A model generated the notes under the pieces. It worked only from the letters and a program-made list of their open reading frames with translations, ran no database searches and was not told the DNA's origin. Below, one piece after another: positions 37,985 through 52,772 of a DNA stretch of 64,000 nucleotides. The first letter of the stretch is position 1; the number at the start of each line of letters is the position of its first letter. Origin of the DNA: Octopus vulgaris (lineage: Eukaryota); contig OX597838.1 in the NCBI GenBank assembly GCA_951406725.2, forward strand, positions 43,958,001 through 44,022,000. The letters are read 5' to 3'. The position numbers and the translations under genes are program-made.

Positions 37985-39290
37985 AAACCCAAATATACAG
38001 TTCACAATGGAATACAACCAAAAGGAGCTCCCGTTCTTGGATATACTAATTAAAAAAATTAACCTTAAAATAGAAACAGACATTTTTTACAAAGCCACAG
38101 ACGCCAAACAATACCTTCTTTTTAATTCATGCCACCCAAGACACACTAAAACAAACATCCCCTTCAACCTTGCAAGAAGGATATGCACAATAGTGTCAGA
38201 ACAAAATACCATGGAACTTTAGACTGCAAGAACTCAAAAACACCCTAATTGACAGACATTACCCAGCTCAACTCATAGAGGGTGGGATCAGACGTGCAAC
38301 AGAAATCAACATAGAAACTTTAAGAAAAGTTCAACACAACAACACACCTTCCTCGAAAATACTACCTTACATATCTACATACAACCCCAGAAACAAAGAA
38401 GCCTTCACCATCATCACCCAGAATTTACCAATACTTCATAAGGACCCCAAATTAAAGGAAATTCTAAACATACACCAAATCATTAAAAGCTACAAACAAC
38501 CTAAATCACTTAAAAAGATTCTCACAAAGGCAAAATTGTTTTCTGAAATTACGGATGCAAAAGTAAAAAAATGTGGTAGATCGAACTGTGCAACATGTCC
38601 AAACCTGCTAGAAGGATCAGAATTCCTCTTTAAAGAGGGACAGAAATTCAAGATCAAATCTAACGTTACTTGTGCCTCTGAAAACATAATTTATGTCATA
38701 AAATGCTCGGGCTGCCACCAAGACTACGTGGGATCCACGGGACTATCACTCAGACGTAGATGCACACTGCATCGACAACAGATTGCATTCCCAGAATACA
38801 GAATGATACCTTTTAGTGAGCACATTGAGAAATGCGCAAAGCAACTACTACCACAATTTTTAATCTTTCCATTTTACCAATGTGCTATCGGATCATCAAC
38901 ACAAATTAGACTAAACAAGGAAACATTCTTCATTGAAAAGTACAAGCCCAGACTTAACCATTCTAACATACTGATACAGAGAAATTCACACCAAGGGAAA
39001 GGAAAAATATTTTAAGCGATTATCTCCCTTACACCGGAAGAAATCCCTCATTACCTCCCCTTATTTAGGACTCTTTTAAACATAAACATAACGAAAACTC
39101 TGTTCAACATAAACATAACGTCGTAAGAAATTTGAAAAGCTAAACGCGAAACCGGTCTTTCTTCTAAACTATGTCATTGTAAGAAAAAAATTTCTAATAT
39201 TCTTCAGACATATTGACTCAAATATATATTTTTTAACCTTTAAGCCTTCTGTAGTTTTTTCACTTTTTACTATTTTCTATATATTCAACC
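37985..39290 (+). mobile_element. 5'-truncated Penelope-like element (Neptune-type) with GIY-YIG endonuclease and a 3' hammerhead
   Basis: INPNIQFTMEY..LPFLDILI..QYLLFNSCHPRHTKTNIP; then KCGRSNCATC, IYVIKCSGCHQDYVGST..LRRRCTLH..RLNKETFFI..PRLN. HHR-like motif about 110 bp after the stop; inserted in (TA)n. Confidence 0.92.
39125..39163 (+). ncRNA. Minimal PLE hammerhead, U3-A8 variant
   Basis: AAGAAA-T TTGAAAA GC-TAAAC-GC GAAA CCGG TC TTTCTT. Palindromic ACCGGT; helix I AAGAAA/TTTCTT with one bulged T. Confidence 0.7.
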
Positions 39291-39424
39291 ACGTGCTTTC
39301 ACAAACCAACTTTCTTATCTATATATATATATATATATACATATGTATATATGTATGTATATATAATATATGTATGTATATACATACATACATACATACA
39401 TACATACATGTTATATATATATCA

Positions 39425-39855
39425 TCAGCAGTACAGTTCTACCTGCAATGTTATATGGTAGTGAAACATGGGCTACCACAAAGAGAGAAGAGCAGAGACT
39501 GGTAAAGACTCAAAGAGCCATGGAACGGTCACTGCTTGGTATCTCGTTGAGAGAGCACATAAGTAGCAAGATCATCAGAAAGAAGTCCGGCATGAGAGAT
39601 GTCATCGCAGAGTATACTCGCAGCAAGTTTAGATGGGCTGGACACGTCGCCCGACTCTCCGATAATCGGTGGACCCGTGCGAGCGGAAACGACCACCTGG
39701 AAGGCCTCCACGACGGTGGAGTTACGATTTCAGGAGGACGATTGGGATCATGTGGATGAGAAAGGCGCGATCCAGGGAAGAGTGGACAGCGTGCTGTGAC
39801 CAGCGGTGTTAAATGGACGCCCGACGGAGTGGTCGGTCAAGGTGATCAAGGTGAT
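39425..39855 (+). mobile_element. RTE-clade LINE 3' fragment
   Basis: VLPAMLYGSETWATTK..QRAMERSLLGISLREH..KFRWAGHVAR, with a short tandem tail (CAAGGTGAT)2. Confidence 0.88.
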
Positions 39856-39924
39856 ATATATATGCACCACCTAAACGGCAGTGCACCAGCATGGCCGCAG
39901 CTCTGAGCTGGAACTAGAGAAAAA

Positions 39925-39983
<59 letters not shown>

Positions 39984-39990
39984 TGTGTGC

Positions 39991-40027
<37 letters not shown>

Positions 40028-40171
40028 TGTGTGTAAGAGAGTAGGCTCGAAACATTAAAAACTTTTTCATTTGTTGAGCGTTATACATCTGTTTGTTGTG
40101 TAGACCACCTGTCTTCGTCTTCTGTTTTTTTGTGAATTCACTCGAAATACACACACACACGCACACACACA

Positions 40172-40203
<32 letters not shown>

Positions 40204-40261
40204 TATCTATATATATATAAAGAGAAAAACAACTAGTACAAAATCTCTGAGCGATAAATAT

Positions 40262-40651
40262 GTAGTAACAGTACTGTACTACAGTACTGTTTGCCAACAC
40301 GATGTGGCAGTCCCACGCAGGACGATGTTACTACTTCGACCCAGGAAAACATCTTTTCCAACTGGCTACCGACATACTGTGTCCGCATACTGTGAGCAAG
40401 GGAGTCTATTGTTCCCTTTCTAGCCTTAGCGGTATATATAGGGTAATTATTTATGGATTATTTATGGATCATTTTCCTTCCTTGGTACAGAACAATCACC
40501 GCTTTTTATCCTGTACCGAGGAAGGCAAATAACCGAGAAACCATTGGTCGATGGGTATCGCTGGAAAAGATGTTTTTCTTGAGTTAAAAAGAAGTAACAT
40601 CGTCCTGCGTAGGACTGCCACATTGTGATGGATAGCCAATACACTTTACTA
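40262..40651. mobile_element. MITE-like element with long imperfect inverted ends
   Basis: ATGTGGCAGTCCCACGCAGGACGATGTTACT..GAAAACATCTTTTCCA (40302-40360) vs its reverse complement at 40562-40623. Confidence 0.7.
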
Positions 40652-40710
40652 TGTATATATATGTTTACACACACACACACACATGTGTATATATATATAT
40701 ATATATAATG

Positions 40711-40921
40711 CACGAGCGGGTGCTGAAAAGTTCCTGGTTTCGAGTAAAAGAAAATACAGGACAATCACTAAATTATGATTTTATTCAACATAATCCCCTA
40801 TCAGAGTCGCACACTTATTGCAGACGTCTTTCAGTTCTGTAAAAGAACCGCGAAGGCTGCACCTCCAAACAAGCAATTCGCGATACCATTAAAGCCAAGA
40901 CTTCTTCAGCAATCCCTTTTA
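40711..40921. mobile_element. Mariner-derived MITE
   Basis: CACGAGCGGGTGCTGAAAAGTTCCTGG at the left end and CCAAGACTTCTTCAGCAATCCCT at the right. Same family as 2003-2225. Confidence 0.55.
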
Positions 40922-41281
40922 TATATATACACACACATATATATATAAATGTATTCTATATACAAATATACATATATAAAGTGATAGATATGTATTTAGA
41001 TATCGGCATGCACAAGACAGGTATGCATGTGCGTGTGCGTGTATATAGCCCGGATATAGTGCGTGTCTGTGTGTATATAGTCCGGATACTTATTGATCAG
41101 ACCACGAAAACACACACACACACACACATGTATATATATATATATCTCGCTTATTGTTTCACGTACAAATGCTTAGATCAAACGAACATAAAACATAGCC
41201 ACCAAAAATATAAAATCACAAAAGAACCAAAGAAAAACTAGACTAACAAGGTATATGCGTATATTCTATACATACATACGT

Positions 41282-41344
<63 letters not shown>

Positions 41345-42259
41345 CATATATATATATATGCGTATATATATATATGTGTGTATATATATATATATACACA
41401 TACACATATATATATATACATATATATACACATACGCACATATATATATGTGTGTGTATGTGTGTATGTATATATATATATATATATATAATATACACCT
41501 ATACATATGTATATGCATCCCTATATATACGTATATATATGTATATATTTGTATATGATGCATGTACAAACACACACACACATATGAAACATGCTTCTAT
41601 GAACTTTTTTATGATGCCATTGAACTGAATCTAACGAATGACGATCCTCGGCGAAAGAGTTTTATCCACCAGTGGTGGCTTCCCGTTTCTTTTGAAATGT
41701 TTATGCATTCGTTACGATATACATACACTGCGCAGGCATATACTTGTTCCGGATTGTACTTGGCTATGGATATATGTTTGTGTGTGTATATAAACATATA
41801 TATACATATATAGATATATATATATAGATATATATATATATATATATAGATATAGATATATAAATACACACATTCATACATATGTATACATATATACATG
41901 GATGCATAGACATATATACATACATATATATGTACATATATACACATAGATATATATGTATATATACATACACACACGCACATATAGGTACACACATTTA
42001 TATATATATACATATACATACACATAAACGTATATATATATACATGGGTATGAATATATGTTTGTGTGTGTATATAAACATAAACATATATATATATACA
42101 CACAAACATATATATATATGTGTATATATATATATATATATGTGTATATATATAGACACACATATATACATGCATGCGTATATGTTTTATATATATATAT
42201 ATTTACATACATACATGCATATGTATACATATATACATGGATACATATACATTATATAT

Positions 42260-42303
<44 letters not shown>

Positions 42304-42385
42304 CACATACATACATATAGATACATATGTATGTATACATACACAGACACACATATAGGTACATACCCACCCATACACAAACGCA

Positions 42386-42433
<48 letters not shown>

Positions 42434-43214
42434 CATACACACAAACGTGTATTTATATATATATAGTGAGAGATACATGTCTATGTATATTTATATGCGT
42501 ACATATGTATGTACTCCTGTGTACATATGCGTACAGATGAATATATTTATATTCATATATATATATATACTTATATGCACATTCGACTATACATTCTCAT
42601 ATACACCTGTTCATATGTAATAGCCTATGTGTATACACGCGCAAGTATTCCTAGCTACTGCGTTTTTTTATTATTCCGTATTACTAAGTTCGTTTTTATG
42701 ACTAAGTCACATGTGAATATCTGTTTGTATGCATTTCTACATGCATACACATGTACGTATCTCAGCGATATTAGATACCTGATGACCATGCGACCATGTG
42801 ATACGCTGATACGCTCCATCATCAGCAGTCAGCGTGAGTTTTGAGGTATTATTGGATTTGAGGGAAAGGTTTCTGAGAAGCAGCTTATCCGTTTGATTCT
42901 CGCTAATCGAATCTCACAAAAGGCTTTTAGAACCCACCTCAAAGAAAACACCAGCTACGTTTATCTCTGCAGTGTTCTTTAATCATTGTCGACAAATTTG
43001 AAGTCAAAGTAACATCTTTCATCAGTTCGCTGATTCAAGGATTTCAACTATGATGAACGGATACACTTTTTTTGCTGCCTTTGCGATTACTACCTACCTA
43101 CCTACCTACCTACCTACCTACCTACCTACCTACCTACCTAACTAACTAACTACCTAACTACATACATACATACATACATACATACATACATACATACATA
43201 CATACATACATACA

Positions 43215-43248
<34 letters not shown>

Positions 43249-43302
43249 CATACATACATACATACATACATACATACATACATAGATACATATATACATA
43301 CA

Positions 43303-43336
<34 letters not shown>

Positions 43337-43769
43337 CACAACTACATACGTATATAGAATTATACACACACACATACACATACACACAAGCCTAGATCAA
43401 TAAAATCTTATATTAAATCTACATACCATCTTTCGAATCCAAAGTATTAAATATTAGCTTATTCCTTCCAACAAAGAATCTTAAAACTCTTCACATGTCC
43501 CCTAAAAATAACAAAATAAATAAATGGAATGACCAGCAATCTCTTCGAACTGCTTCGAATTACACTCTTTGTACGCCTACGTCATTTGGTTGAAGGAGTT
43601 GCGCGCCAGACACACATTGATCAGTTGATATGATACGTTAACACTCGACAGGATGACGTGATCGTCACTGCTTCAACGCTCCTTTGATCTTATAAGCCTC
43701 TGCTTATTCGGGGCTGACTTGCGGACTAAACTGCAACAGCAATAACAACAACACCAACAACCGTTAATC

Positions 43770-43805
<36 letters not shown>

Positions 43806-43842
43806 TTACTACTACTACTACTATTACCACTGCTGCTGCTGT

Positions 43843-43954
<112 letters not shown>

Positions 43955-44362
43955 ACTATTAATACTACTACTACTACTACTGTAATCCAGAAATCAGTAA
44001 CCCGGAAAGTCTTTGAAACAAAAGGTTCAGGGAAATCGATGTATTTTGTAATATCAGACTATTATTCTACTTAATAAACATTCATCTGGAAACTATGATG
44101 GAGCCAAATAAATCAATTAATATTTGATCGCTGTACAATAATAATGAATGCGTTGGTATTTGCAGCCAATTTCCAATCCTTTTCTCATTTCATGCATCAA
44201 ACTTGTGTCGCAAAATTAATCTTAGATTTCAAGTGATTCCTAGATTGTTGGTGACGTAACGCTTATTTGTTTAATTGTCTCATTAAATCGTTTTCGTATC
44301 GGGTCTTTTGTTGCACTGTTACGCAAATGTATATATTAAACGTATCTCGTTAGAAAAAGACG

Positions 44363-44394
<32 letters not shown>

Positions 44395-46919
44395 CACGTG
44401 GTATGTGTTGTTAAGAGGCTTAGTTAAGTCTTAGTGAGTTAAGGCAGAAATAACCATGTTAAGTTGTAATATGTAGTTAAATGATTAAAAAAACTACATA
44501 TCTCGATGGACTTTGAACTTACAACACTAAGAACTGGAAGAAATGTCGTTAAATATTTTATCCGACGTGCTAAGGAATATGCCAGTTGATCCAAAGCAAT
44601 AATTCTTTCTACTATAGACACATGTTCCGAATTTGGGGAGGGGTGCTGGTCAATTACATCGAACTCAATAATAGCTTATTTTATTGACCCCGAAAAGAGG
44701 GAAGGAAAAATGTCGGTTACGTGGTTATCTGAACTCAGAATGTAAATAGGGGGCAGAGATGTCGGCAAGCAATTTGTGCTGCATTTTAACGATTCAAGCA
44801 GCTCACCGAAACATTGACCCCAAATAATAATAGCATTAACTCTATGGATATCGTCGACATCGGCATTGACTTGTGTCTGAGAATTAAATCTACAGCGAGT
44901 GATTGAGCCCATTCACCTTGATGGGTGTTTAGGGTACCGGTGCCTGGGGTAGCTGTTCAGGCCAATGGTGGTATAGAAGAGCAGGGGACATTTATTGCAA
45001 GGGAGAGTTGGCGGGGAACAAGGAAGTGTGAGTCACTTTTGGCGTCGTCTTCGACATCTGATCTCTACCTTTTGACGTCTGTTTCTTCCCATCTATACTG
45101 ATATTACGAGCCATTAAAGCAACACATTTCAGTACAGGATCAGGAATGAGACGATTTGGCTTCTTAATCCTTGTGTTGCTATGCTAATCCAATTTATAAA
45201 GTCATAAGTCCTGATAAATAGCAACAAATGCTTAATTTTTAAAGTTTAATAATAATACGGATTAGCTATATGTTGGATCTCTTATTTTAAAGATAATCTC
45301 TGACTTAGAAATTTCACTTTACTACCGTGAATGTTTAATTATTCTTTCTCTTCCTTTACTCGGGCCCTAGAACTTATAAGGGGGTTTCACCGGTTTTCAT
45401 GGCGTATCAATGACCGAGATGACAAAATTCATTCTTGTCTGTTGTAGGATTCAAGGATAGCAGGCAATTATGAAAGGAAGGGTCTGTCGATTACATTTAC
45501 TCCAGTACTTGACTGATACTTTATTTTATCGAACCCAAAATGATGAAAGGCAAAGATGACCGACCATGACGGGATGTGAACTCAAATGTAAAGAGCTGGA
45601 AAGAATGCCAGCAAGCAGTATAACCCATGGGCTAAAAATCCTGCTACTTCGCTTGTCTCCTATTTTTAACAGCAATTCATATTATTTAATGATATATACT
45701 ATAACAGAATTCAGATACACGTTCAAAGCGATACAGATCTAAACAGAGGTTAAAAGCAGTGTCAGGTATATCTGTTAGTTTAATCAAAAATTTTAATCTC
45801 TTCATGAAATTATTAGATTAGGTTTGAAAGCATATTTCTCGAAGCTTCGTTGCATTATTTCATGCTTTGCCTGTATGCACTGTGTTATTATGTGAGAGCA
45901 TAAAAAACTAGATTACATTTTTGAACGATACTTTGAATATCTACCTAACACTGTAAAGCAATTGATCTGTGGAAAAGAAGAATATGCAATCTTGTCACTG
46001 GAGTCAAATATTGCAAATCGCTTTATCATCCTGTCCTTGCATCTCTCTATCACAACATCTATCATTTAACCCTGAAACGTTTTCAACTTTCTTTCTATCT
46101 GCTCATACATTATCATGTATATAGTGAAAACTATATCGTCAGTACTCAGGATGGTTAACAATGATTTTCTCCTATATTGCTTCGGGTTTAACATTTTGTT
46201 TAACCAATACCGAATTCTGGAAGTTTCCAAAGTTATTCGAATCAATTGTATTTCTTTTGCAACACAGATCAATTATCAAGAGCCTAAAATACTGATAAGA
46301 GCTTCTTGATCTCACATTATTTTTTTTCCTTCTCAATTTAAGATCGTATTGCCTCTTTACCTATTTTCTTTGTTTCTATGTTACGTATATAACCATTATA
46401 TATTTTGTTGTGGCAATCATTGTATAACATGGTCGTTCTATAAATCTTATATAATCGCTGTAAATTATCGCCGAAAACAGCACGGCATGACCGAAATTAC
46501 TGGCCTTGTGCCAAAACATGAAACCAATATTTGGTGCGTACAGACAATTGACAGGCAAAGTATTTACAACATTCATTAGAGCTCTTTACGTTCTCAGTTC
46601 GCATTCTCCCTGTATCATCTTGAATATTTACCGTTCTAGGGACAATAAAATAAGGTCTAGGGGGTTCCCTTTCTTCCTCTATTATAATTTCAATCTTGTC
46701 TTGGGATGTTTCCACAGAAGAAGTTACTGCAATGGGAAGTTAGCACTAAGATGGAGGCGGGAGACACCATTTCAGACAAAGTGCGACAAAGTGGGAAGTT
46801 ACACTTTTATTAAAATTACTTTGAAGAATAAACTTATAAATGTATTTTTAAAAATGACTTCCCTATAAGGCACACCAAAAGTAGTGTTACTCATTTCTAC
46901 ACTATGTGGTTCTATGAAA

Positions 46920-48190
46920 TACTGGTTTCAAATATTGGCACAAGGTCCGCAATTTCAAGAGAGGGGTTAAGTCAATTTCCTCGACTCTAGTACTGGTACG
47001 CATTTTATCGGCCCCACAGGATAAAAAGGTAAAGCTGACCTGAACAGAATTTGAACTTAGAACGTAAAGACGGGCGAAATGCCGCTAAGGATTTTGCCCG
47101 GTGGGCTAACGATTCTGCCAGCTTCCCGTGTTGGTTCCATGAAAATAATAATTCTTTCTGTTACTGGTACAAGACCTGAAGTTTGGTGTGTGTGTTTAAG
47201 TGGGAGTGGGTCCATTACATCTACACCAGTGTTCAACTGGTACTTACTTTCTCGACCCCGAAAAGATGAACACCAAAGTTGAATTATACGGAATTTGAAC
47301 TCGGAATGTAAAAACGGACGACTGACACTAAATGTGGTAACGATTCTGCCAGCTTTGATGGTTTTAAATCTTGGTACAGGATCAGCAGTTTTGAGTTAAG
47401 TCGATTATATTAATCCTAGGATTTTTACCGCCACTTTATTAATCCTGAAACGATAAAATGCGAATTTGATCTCGATCGTAAAGAACTGCAAGAAATTCTC
47501 CTAACAGTTTTTGTTCGACGCGCTAAAATTTCAACCAGCTTGCCGCTTCGAAAGTATATTAATTAATTACTATTAAATTAATACCTGTTCCAATGTGATA
47601 TCACTTTTGTAGATTGACGAAGATCGAACTGAGATCCACTGATTTATAGGAAAACTAATGTATTTGTGAGGTACATTAGTTTATCGAGATAAAAGAATGG
47701 AGGACAAAGAAGAGCTCACGGCTTCTTAAGATGATATTCGTTTCAAATTTTGGCCCAAGGCCAGCAAGTTCTAAGGAAGTTCTAAGTTGATTAAATGGAC
47801 CCTAGTAATCAGCTGGTACTTATTTTATCGACCTCGAAAGGATGAAAGGTAATGTCGATTGCGATGGAATTTGAACTTAGAATGTAAAGACGGACGAAAT
47901 ACCGCTAAGCATTTTGTCCGGCGTGCTAACGATTCTCCCAGCTCACCGCCATAGAATTAATACTCTTTTACTTGTTTCAGTCATTTGACTGTGGCCATAT
48001 ATCGACGCCAACGTTTATTCTTTGTAAGCCTAGTACTTATTCTATCCGTCTCTTTTGCCGAACCGCTAAGCTACGGGGACGTAAATACACCAGGGGTGGA
48101 TAAAATAACTTCCAGTTGAGCACAGGGGTCGATGTAATCGATTTGCTCACTCACCCGAAATTGCTGGCCTTGTGCCAAAATTTGATACCA
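46920..48190 (-). mobile_element. Cluster of diverged family-B SINE copies plus a family-A fragment
   Basis: TTTCAAATTTTGGCACAAGG..CTGGTACTTATTTTATCGAC..GAATTTGAACT(T/C)AGAA units recur at about 46925, 47160, 47360 and 47740. Confidence 0.7.
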
Positions 48191-49126
48191 ATCTGATAAT
48201 TTATTATAATTCGATTCTCATCTTAGATGCCGTAAATGAATATGAAATCAACACCAACGCTTAATTAGTATTTTCATTTTATCGACGGAGAATGATCACG
48301 TGAAATGTTGACATTAGCGTCATTTGAACACAGAACGTGGAAGATACATAGCTTCATTCCATATGGCATTTTGTTCGACGCGCTTAAGGTTTTGCTAATT
48401 CACCACCAATTTCATCGACTATACATTTCCACCAAAATTCTTGATCCTGTGTCTAAGACAGAAATCAATATCTTCTCTTTGAAATTCCTTTATTTGTATC
48501 ATATCGTAACCCCAACTTTATTATCTGCAGCTACAGTAATATTTATGCAACCTTAATTAAAAACAAAAGGAAGCGAACGTAGCGATGTAGAGGCGAATAT
48601 ATATCCAATTAGGTGAACAACACTTCTCGTATACAAACAGTACTTAATTAGGTATCAGATAGAATGGGAACTATTTCAGTTGCTAAGGATACTGTATGGG
48701 GGCGGGAGGTGAGGGGGGGGGGAGACGGAAGTTATTTGATTATTTTGTTCTTCAACTAGGATCGCCACTCACACAAGTCTATTGATTGCTAACCGGGCAA
48801 CAATACCGAAGATTGTGGCTGTTTATCTGAATTGCTTCATTAATGTGTCCTATGTTTAAAGCGTTCCAGCTGTGACCATCCCAATTATTTTTTCCATCTA
48901 AGACTATATCATCCGATATGTTACGTATACACACACACACACACACACACACTCACACACACACATACACACACACTCTCTCTCACACACACACACTCAC
49001 ACACACATACACACACACGCATACACACACACACTCACACACACACATACACACACTCACACACACACATACACACACACTCACACACACATACACACAC
49101 ACTCCCTCTCACACACACACACTCAC

Positions 49127-49193
<67 letters not shown>

Positions 49194-49244
49194 GGAAACA
49201 TAGAAGTTGAACCAGTGTGGAATAAAATAACGTTAATAATTTAT

Positions 49245-50026
49245 CGAAGATAATGGTGAACCCACAGTTAAACCCTCGTCTTGTCGATATATATCAGTGT
49301 CCATACTGAAGTTGGTAGTTTCTACACAGAAGATCAACATTTCCATCAAGTTTTTTATTGGTATACGAGTCCGTTCTTTTAGATGGGTGCCTGTCACTAG
49401 TTTTTCATGAATCACCGATAGGGATTCACCGATAATAGCCAATATATACATGGAATACTTTGAGAATCTGGCTTTAGGATCAATACCACAAAAACCAACC
49501 ATATGGCTGCGATATGTTGATGACACCTTCATACTCTGGCCCCACCAGGAATATGTCCAAGTGTTGTTAGATCATGTGAAGTCAATAAGCCATCCATACA
49601 ACGGAAAAAGAGAAAAGACAAACAGCTAGCATTCCTGGACGTATTAATAGCACACACCAAGTGATACAATACTTCACAAATATCTCCTTCGAGTAAAACC
49701 ACCAATAGAAGAGAATGTGACCAAGAACTGCATGTACTCCATCCCATGCAGTTGTGGTATATTATACAAAGCGAAACATACCACCCAACAAAATAAGGGT
49801 AGAGGAACATCGCAAAGCTGTGACACGGGAAAATATTGATAAACCGGGTATAGCTGATCATGTATGGAAAAATGGAGACCAAAATAATAGAGAACATCAC
49901 TGGAAAATACGAAAACTAAAAGAAGCAGCACATATGCACAACAACCTCCAAAGCAGACCGAGTGCAGATATGAACAGCATATGGAAACCGGAATTAATGA
50001 CGGACAGGAGTATATTAGATTTATAA
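49245..50026 (+). mobile_element. Decayed Penelope-like element (Penelope/Poseidon-type) with an inverted 5' segment
   Basis: Plus strand SPIIANIYMEYFE..WLRYVDDTFILWP, then YSIPCSCG and KIRVEEHRK..GIADHVW..RKLKEAAH (GIY-YIG). The minus strand of 49245-49432 encodes the preceding RT part, ending YRQDEGLTVGSPLSS. Confidence 0.88.
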
Positions 50027-50055
50027 GCCCCAAAATTCACTCCATAATTTCCCTC

Positions 50056-50173
50056 GGACATATGACGTAGTGGTTTAGAGCGCGGGCTACTAACCCCAAG
50101 ATTTCGAGTTCGATTCCAGGAAGTGATCTGAATGATAATAATAATAATAATAATAATAAAATCGAAAAATACC
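50056..50173 (+). mobile_element. tRNA-derived head + (TAA)n immediately 3' of the PLE ORF
   Basis: GGACATATGACGTAGTGGTTTAGAGCGCGGGCTACTAACCCCAAGATTTCGAGTTCGATTCCAGGAAGTGATCTGAA, then (TAA)n and ATCGAAAAATACC. It starts 30 bp after the stop at 50026 and is truncated before the HHR. Confidence 0.85.
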
Positions 50174-50308
50174 ATAGAACTCATTCCATTTTTAAAATTC
50201 GTTATCTCTATATTGAATCAATTTCGGGATTCACCCTATGGATTTTTCCCTCTTAAGTAGAGAATACGATAAGAAATAAATGAAATACTTACAAGCACCC
50301 ATGGAAAA

Positions 50309-50414
50309 AAGCAGAAGCAAGAGTCATGTGTACACATAAGAGTCATGTGTACACATAAGCAGAAGCAAGAGTCATGTGTACACATAAGCAGAAGCAAGAG
50401 TCATGTGTACACAT
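50309..50414. repeat. 29-bp minisatellite (three full units and one partial)
   Basis: Unit AAGCAGAAGCAAGAGTCATGTGTACACAT, containing the palindrome ATGTGTACACAT. Confidence 0.9.
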
Positions 50415-51379
50415 GGTAATAAATTTATTTCTAATATAGGATAAATTTTTTGGAAAACAATTTCAGCAAAGTGGCCTTAAAGGTGAAAATTATAAACAAT
50501 TATAAACAAGAGCAAAAGAAAAAATATTTCTATGCCAATATGCTAAGAATAGATTTTAAATCGTCAATCACCACATTACAATATACATTCACTATGAATA
50601 CACGTCGTGCTGAAATCGAAGAAGGCAAGCTAACAGAATTATTTTCAAAACTTTTTCAAAAGTTTTTTCAAAATTTTTTTCAAAATTTTTTCACAATTTT
50701 TTCAAAATTCGTCATATATACATATATATTATATGTATGAAGGGCTTCTTTTTGAGTGTTTGTGTGTGTGTGTGTGTGTGTGTGTGCGTCCTGCACCGCT
50801 TGATAGTTGTGTCTGTGTTTACGTTCCTTTACAAAAATCAATGAAATATATAACAGGCTTACAAAACAAAACTAATGTCTATTCATTCAACTGAAGCATT
50901 ATAAATAAATAAATATAAATATGTATAAAAATATACGTAAATATGTATAAGCATAAATATATAATGCATATGACAGTTTAAAATTTTGAAGTAATTATTT
51001 AAAGCATCTTACGTTCGTTTCACGGAAGAGTTGTCCCTACAATGAAATCCTATATTGATAAACATTTATAGACAACTCTTCTGCTCTTCAGAGATATAAA
51101 CTTCAGAGATATAAAATTTGAATTCTGTATAACATATCGAATGGTAGTTTTTTTTTTAAATTTGAAGTAAAACTATAAACTGGTGTTTGTTTGAAAGATC
51201 CATTAAAAATTAAAAATTACTGCTTTTGATGAGAGTCTTTAAATCCATATATACTTCCTTGGTTATTCTGCAATAATCCATAATATTCATATGTAAAATC
51301 CATTATATTATCTTGTATTCCAAATATAGTTCTTATAGTTAGTTTAGAAATGTAAAATGTGTATATACTTTACTATGAG

Positions 51380-52295
51380 AATCTTGAAATTCGTATATGT
51401 ATTCCTGGTAATTCCTCTGTAGATTCTCATACTAAAGTATATACAAATTATACTAGCTCTGTCTAGTATGCTCCAAAGATTTTCAATTGGCTTCATGTCA
51501 GGAGATTGGCTCAGCCAAGGAAGCTTTTTGATCCCATTTTCAGTCAGCTATTGTTGACTCCTTTTCACTGTGTGGCATGAAACTCCATCTTCCATGAATA
51601 AAAACTTATCTTTCGTTATGTTATCCGTATGAATACATCGGAAGTAGACCATACTTAAGTATTTCGATGTATGTTTGCAGAGTTTATGGTTCCAACACAT
51701 TCGATCAGCTCAGAACGACCATTGCTGGTGGCAGCTCTCCCCATACCATTACACAGATACCAACATGTTTCACAGTTGGTTGGAGTCGTTTCAAATCAAA
51801 TTCTTGATTGAGAAGCCTTCAGGCCAGAACACGTCCACTGTCTGAAAATAATGCAAATCTGGATTCGTCTGAAGAAACCACTCTATCACAAAATGAACTG
51901 GATTTTTCTGACATCTCCTTAGCCCATTTCTTTCTTTTCATGATGTTAATTGGTTGAAGGAGAGGCTTTCTTCTAGCTGCTCGTCCATAATACCCAAGCT
52001 TCTAGCTGTTTTGCAATGTCAGAAACCTTCGAACGGGGTTCATTTTCCATAATTCTCTCCAAACAGCGAAGCTTCCTTTCCGAGGGCCCAGGTAGGCCGG
52101 GACGAGAATCTGTTGATTCTTTTCCTTGGCTTTTCAATTGCACTATAATTCTATTATCAGTAACAAGAGGAATTTGAAGATTTTCGGCATTTTTTCGCTG
52201 GCTAAGACCAGCCACAGATACAACCAGCCAACAGATACAACAATACAACCTTTTTGAAAATCTGATAGTCCTGCTGAATTTTTTGTGCGTGGCAT
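51380..52295 (-). mobile_element. Tc1-family transposase pseudogene
   Basis: Starts MPRTKNSAGLSDFQKGCI at 52295; VVSSDESRF, FMEDGVSCHT and PWLSQSPDMKPIENLW (DD34E-type motifs). Confidence 0.85.
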
Positions 52296-52631
52296 GGTTA
52301 CTATTCGCAAATATTTAATACAATGGCATCTGGAATGAAAAAGAATAATTACATTGTAAATTCTATACCGCTGAAAACATATTAAGACGCTTAGATAAGA
52401 AATTTTGAAAACTAAATGTGTCTACTTCCTGCATGTCTGAGTATATATATATATATATAGTTCGAAAGGGGTTAAGAGTCCATACAGAGAAAAATTAAGG
52501 TTAAAAAGTAAATAAAGTTCGAAAAGGCACAAAAGTATATTTCAGAGATTGTTAAATATTTTTGTTACAGTGAGTGATATAAAATATAAATATATACATC
52601 GAAACCGGTCATAATTTAAATTACTCACTGT

Positions 52632-52701
<70 letters not shown>

Positions 52702-52772
52702 CAAAAGACAAAGACAGGTCTATAAACAACAAGCAGGTGTAATAGTTTAACGTTCGGGAAAATGAGAAAGTA

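Noticed and set aside
50309-50414. CRISPR-like array
   Set aside because: The units are contiguous with no unique spacers, the context is eukaryotic and there are no cas genes. It is a minisatellite.
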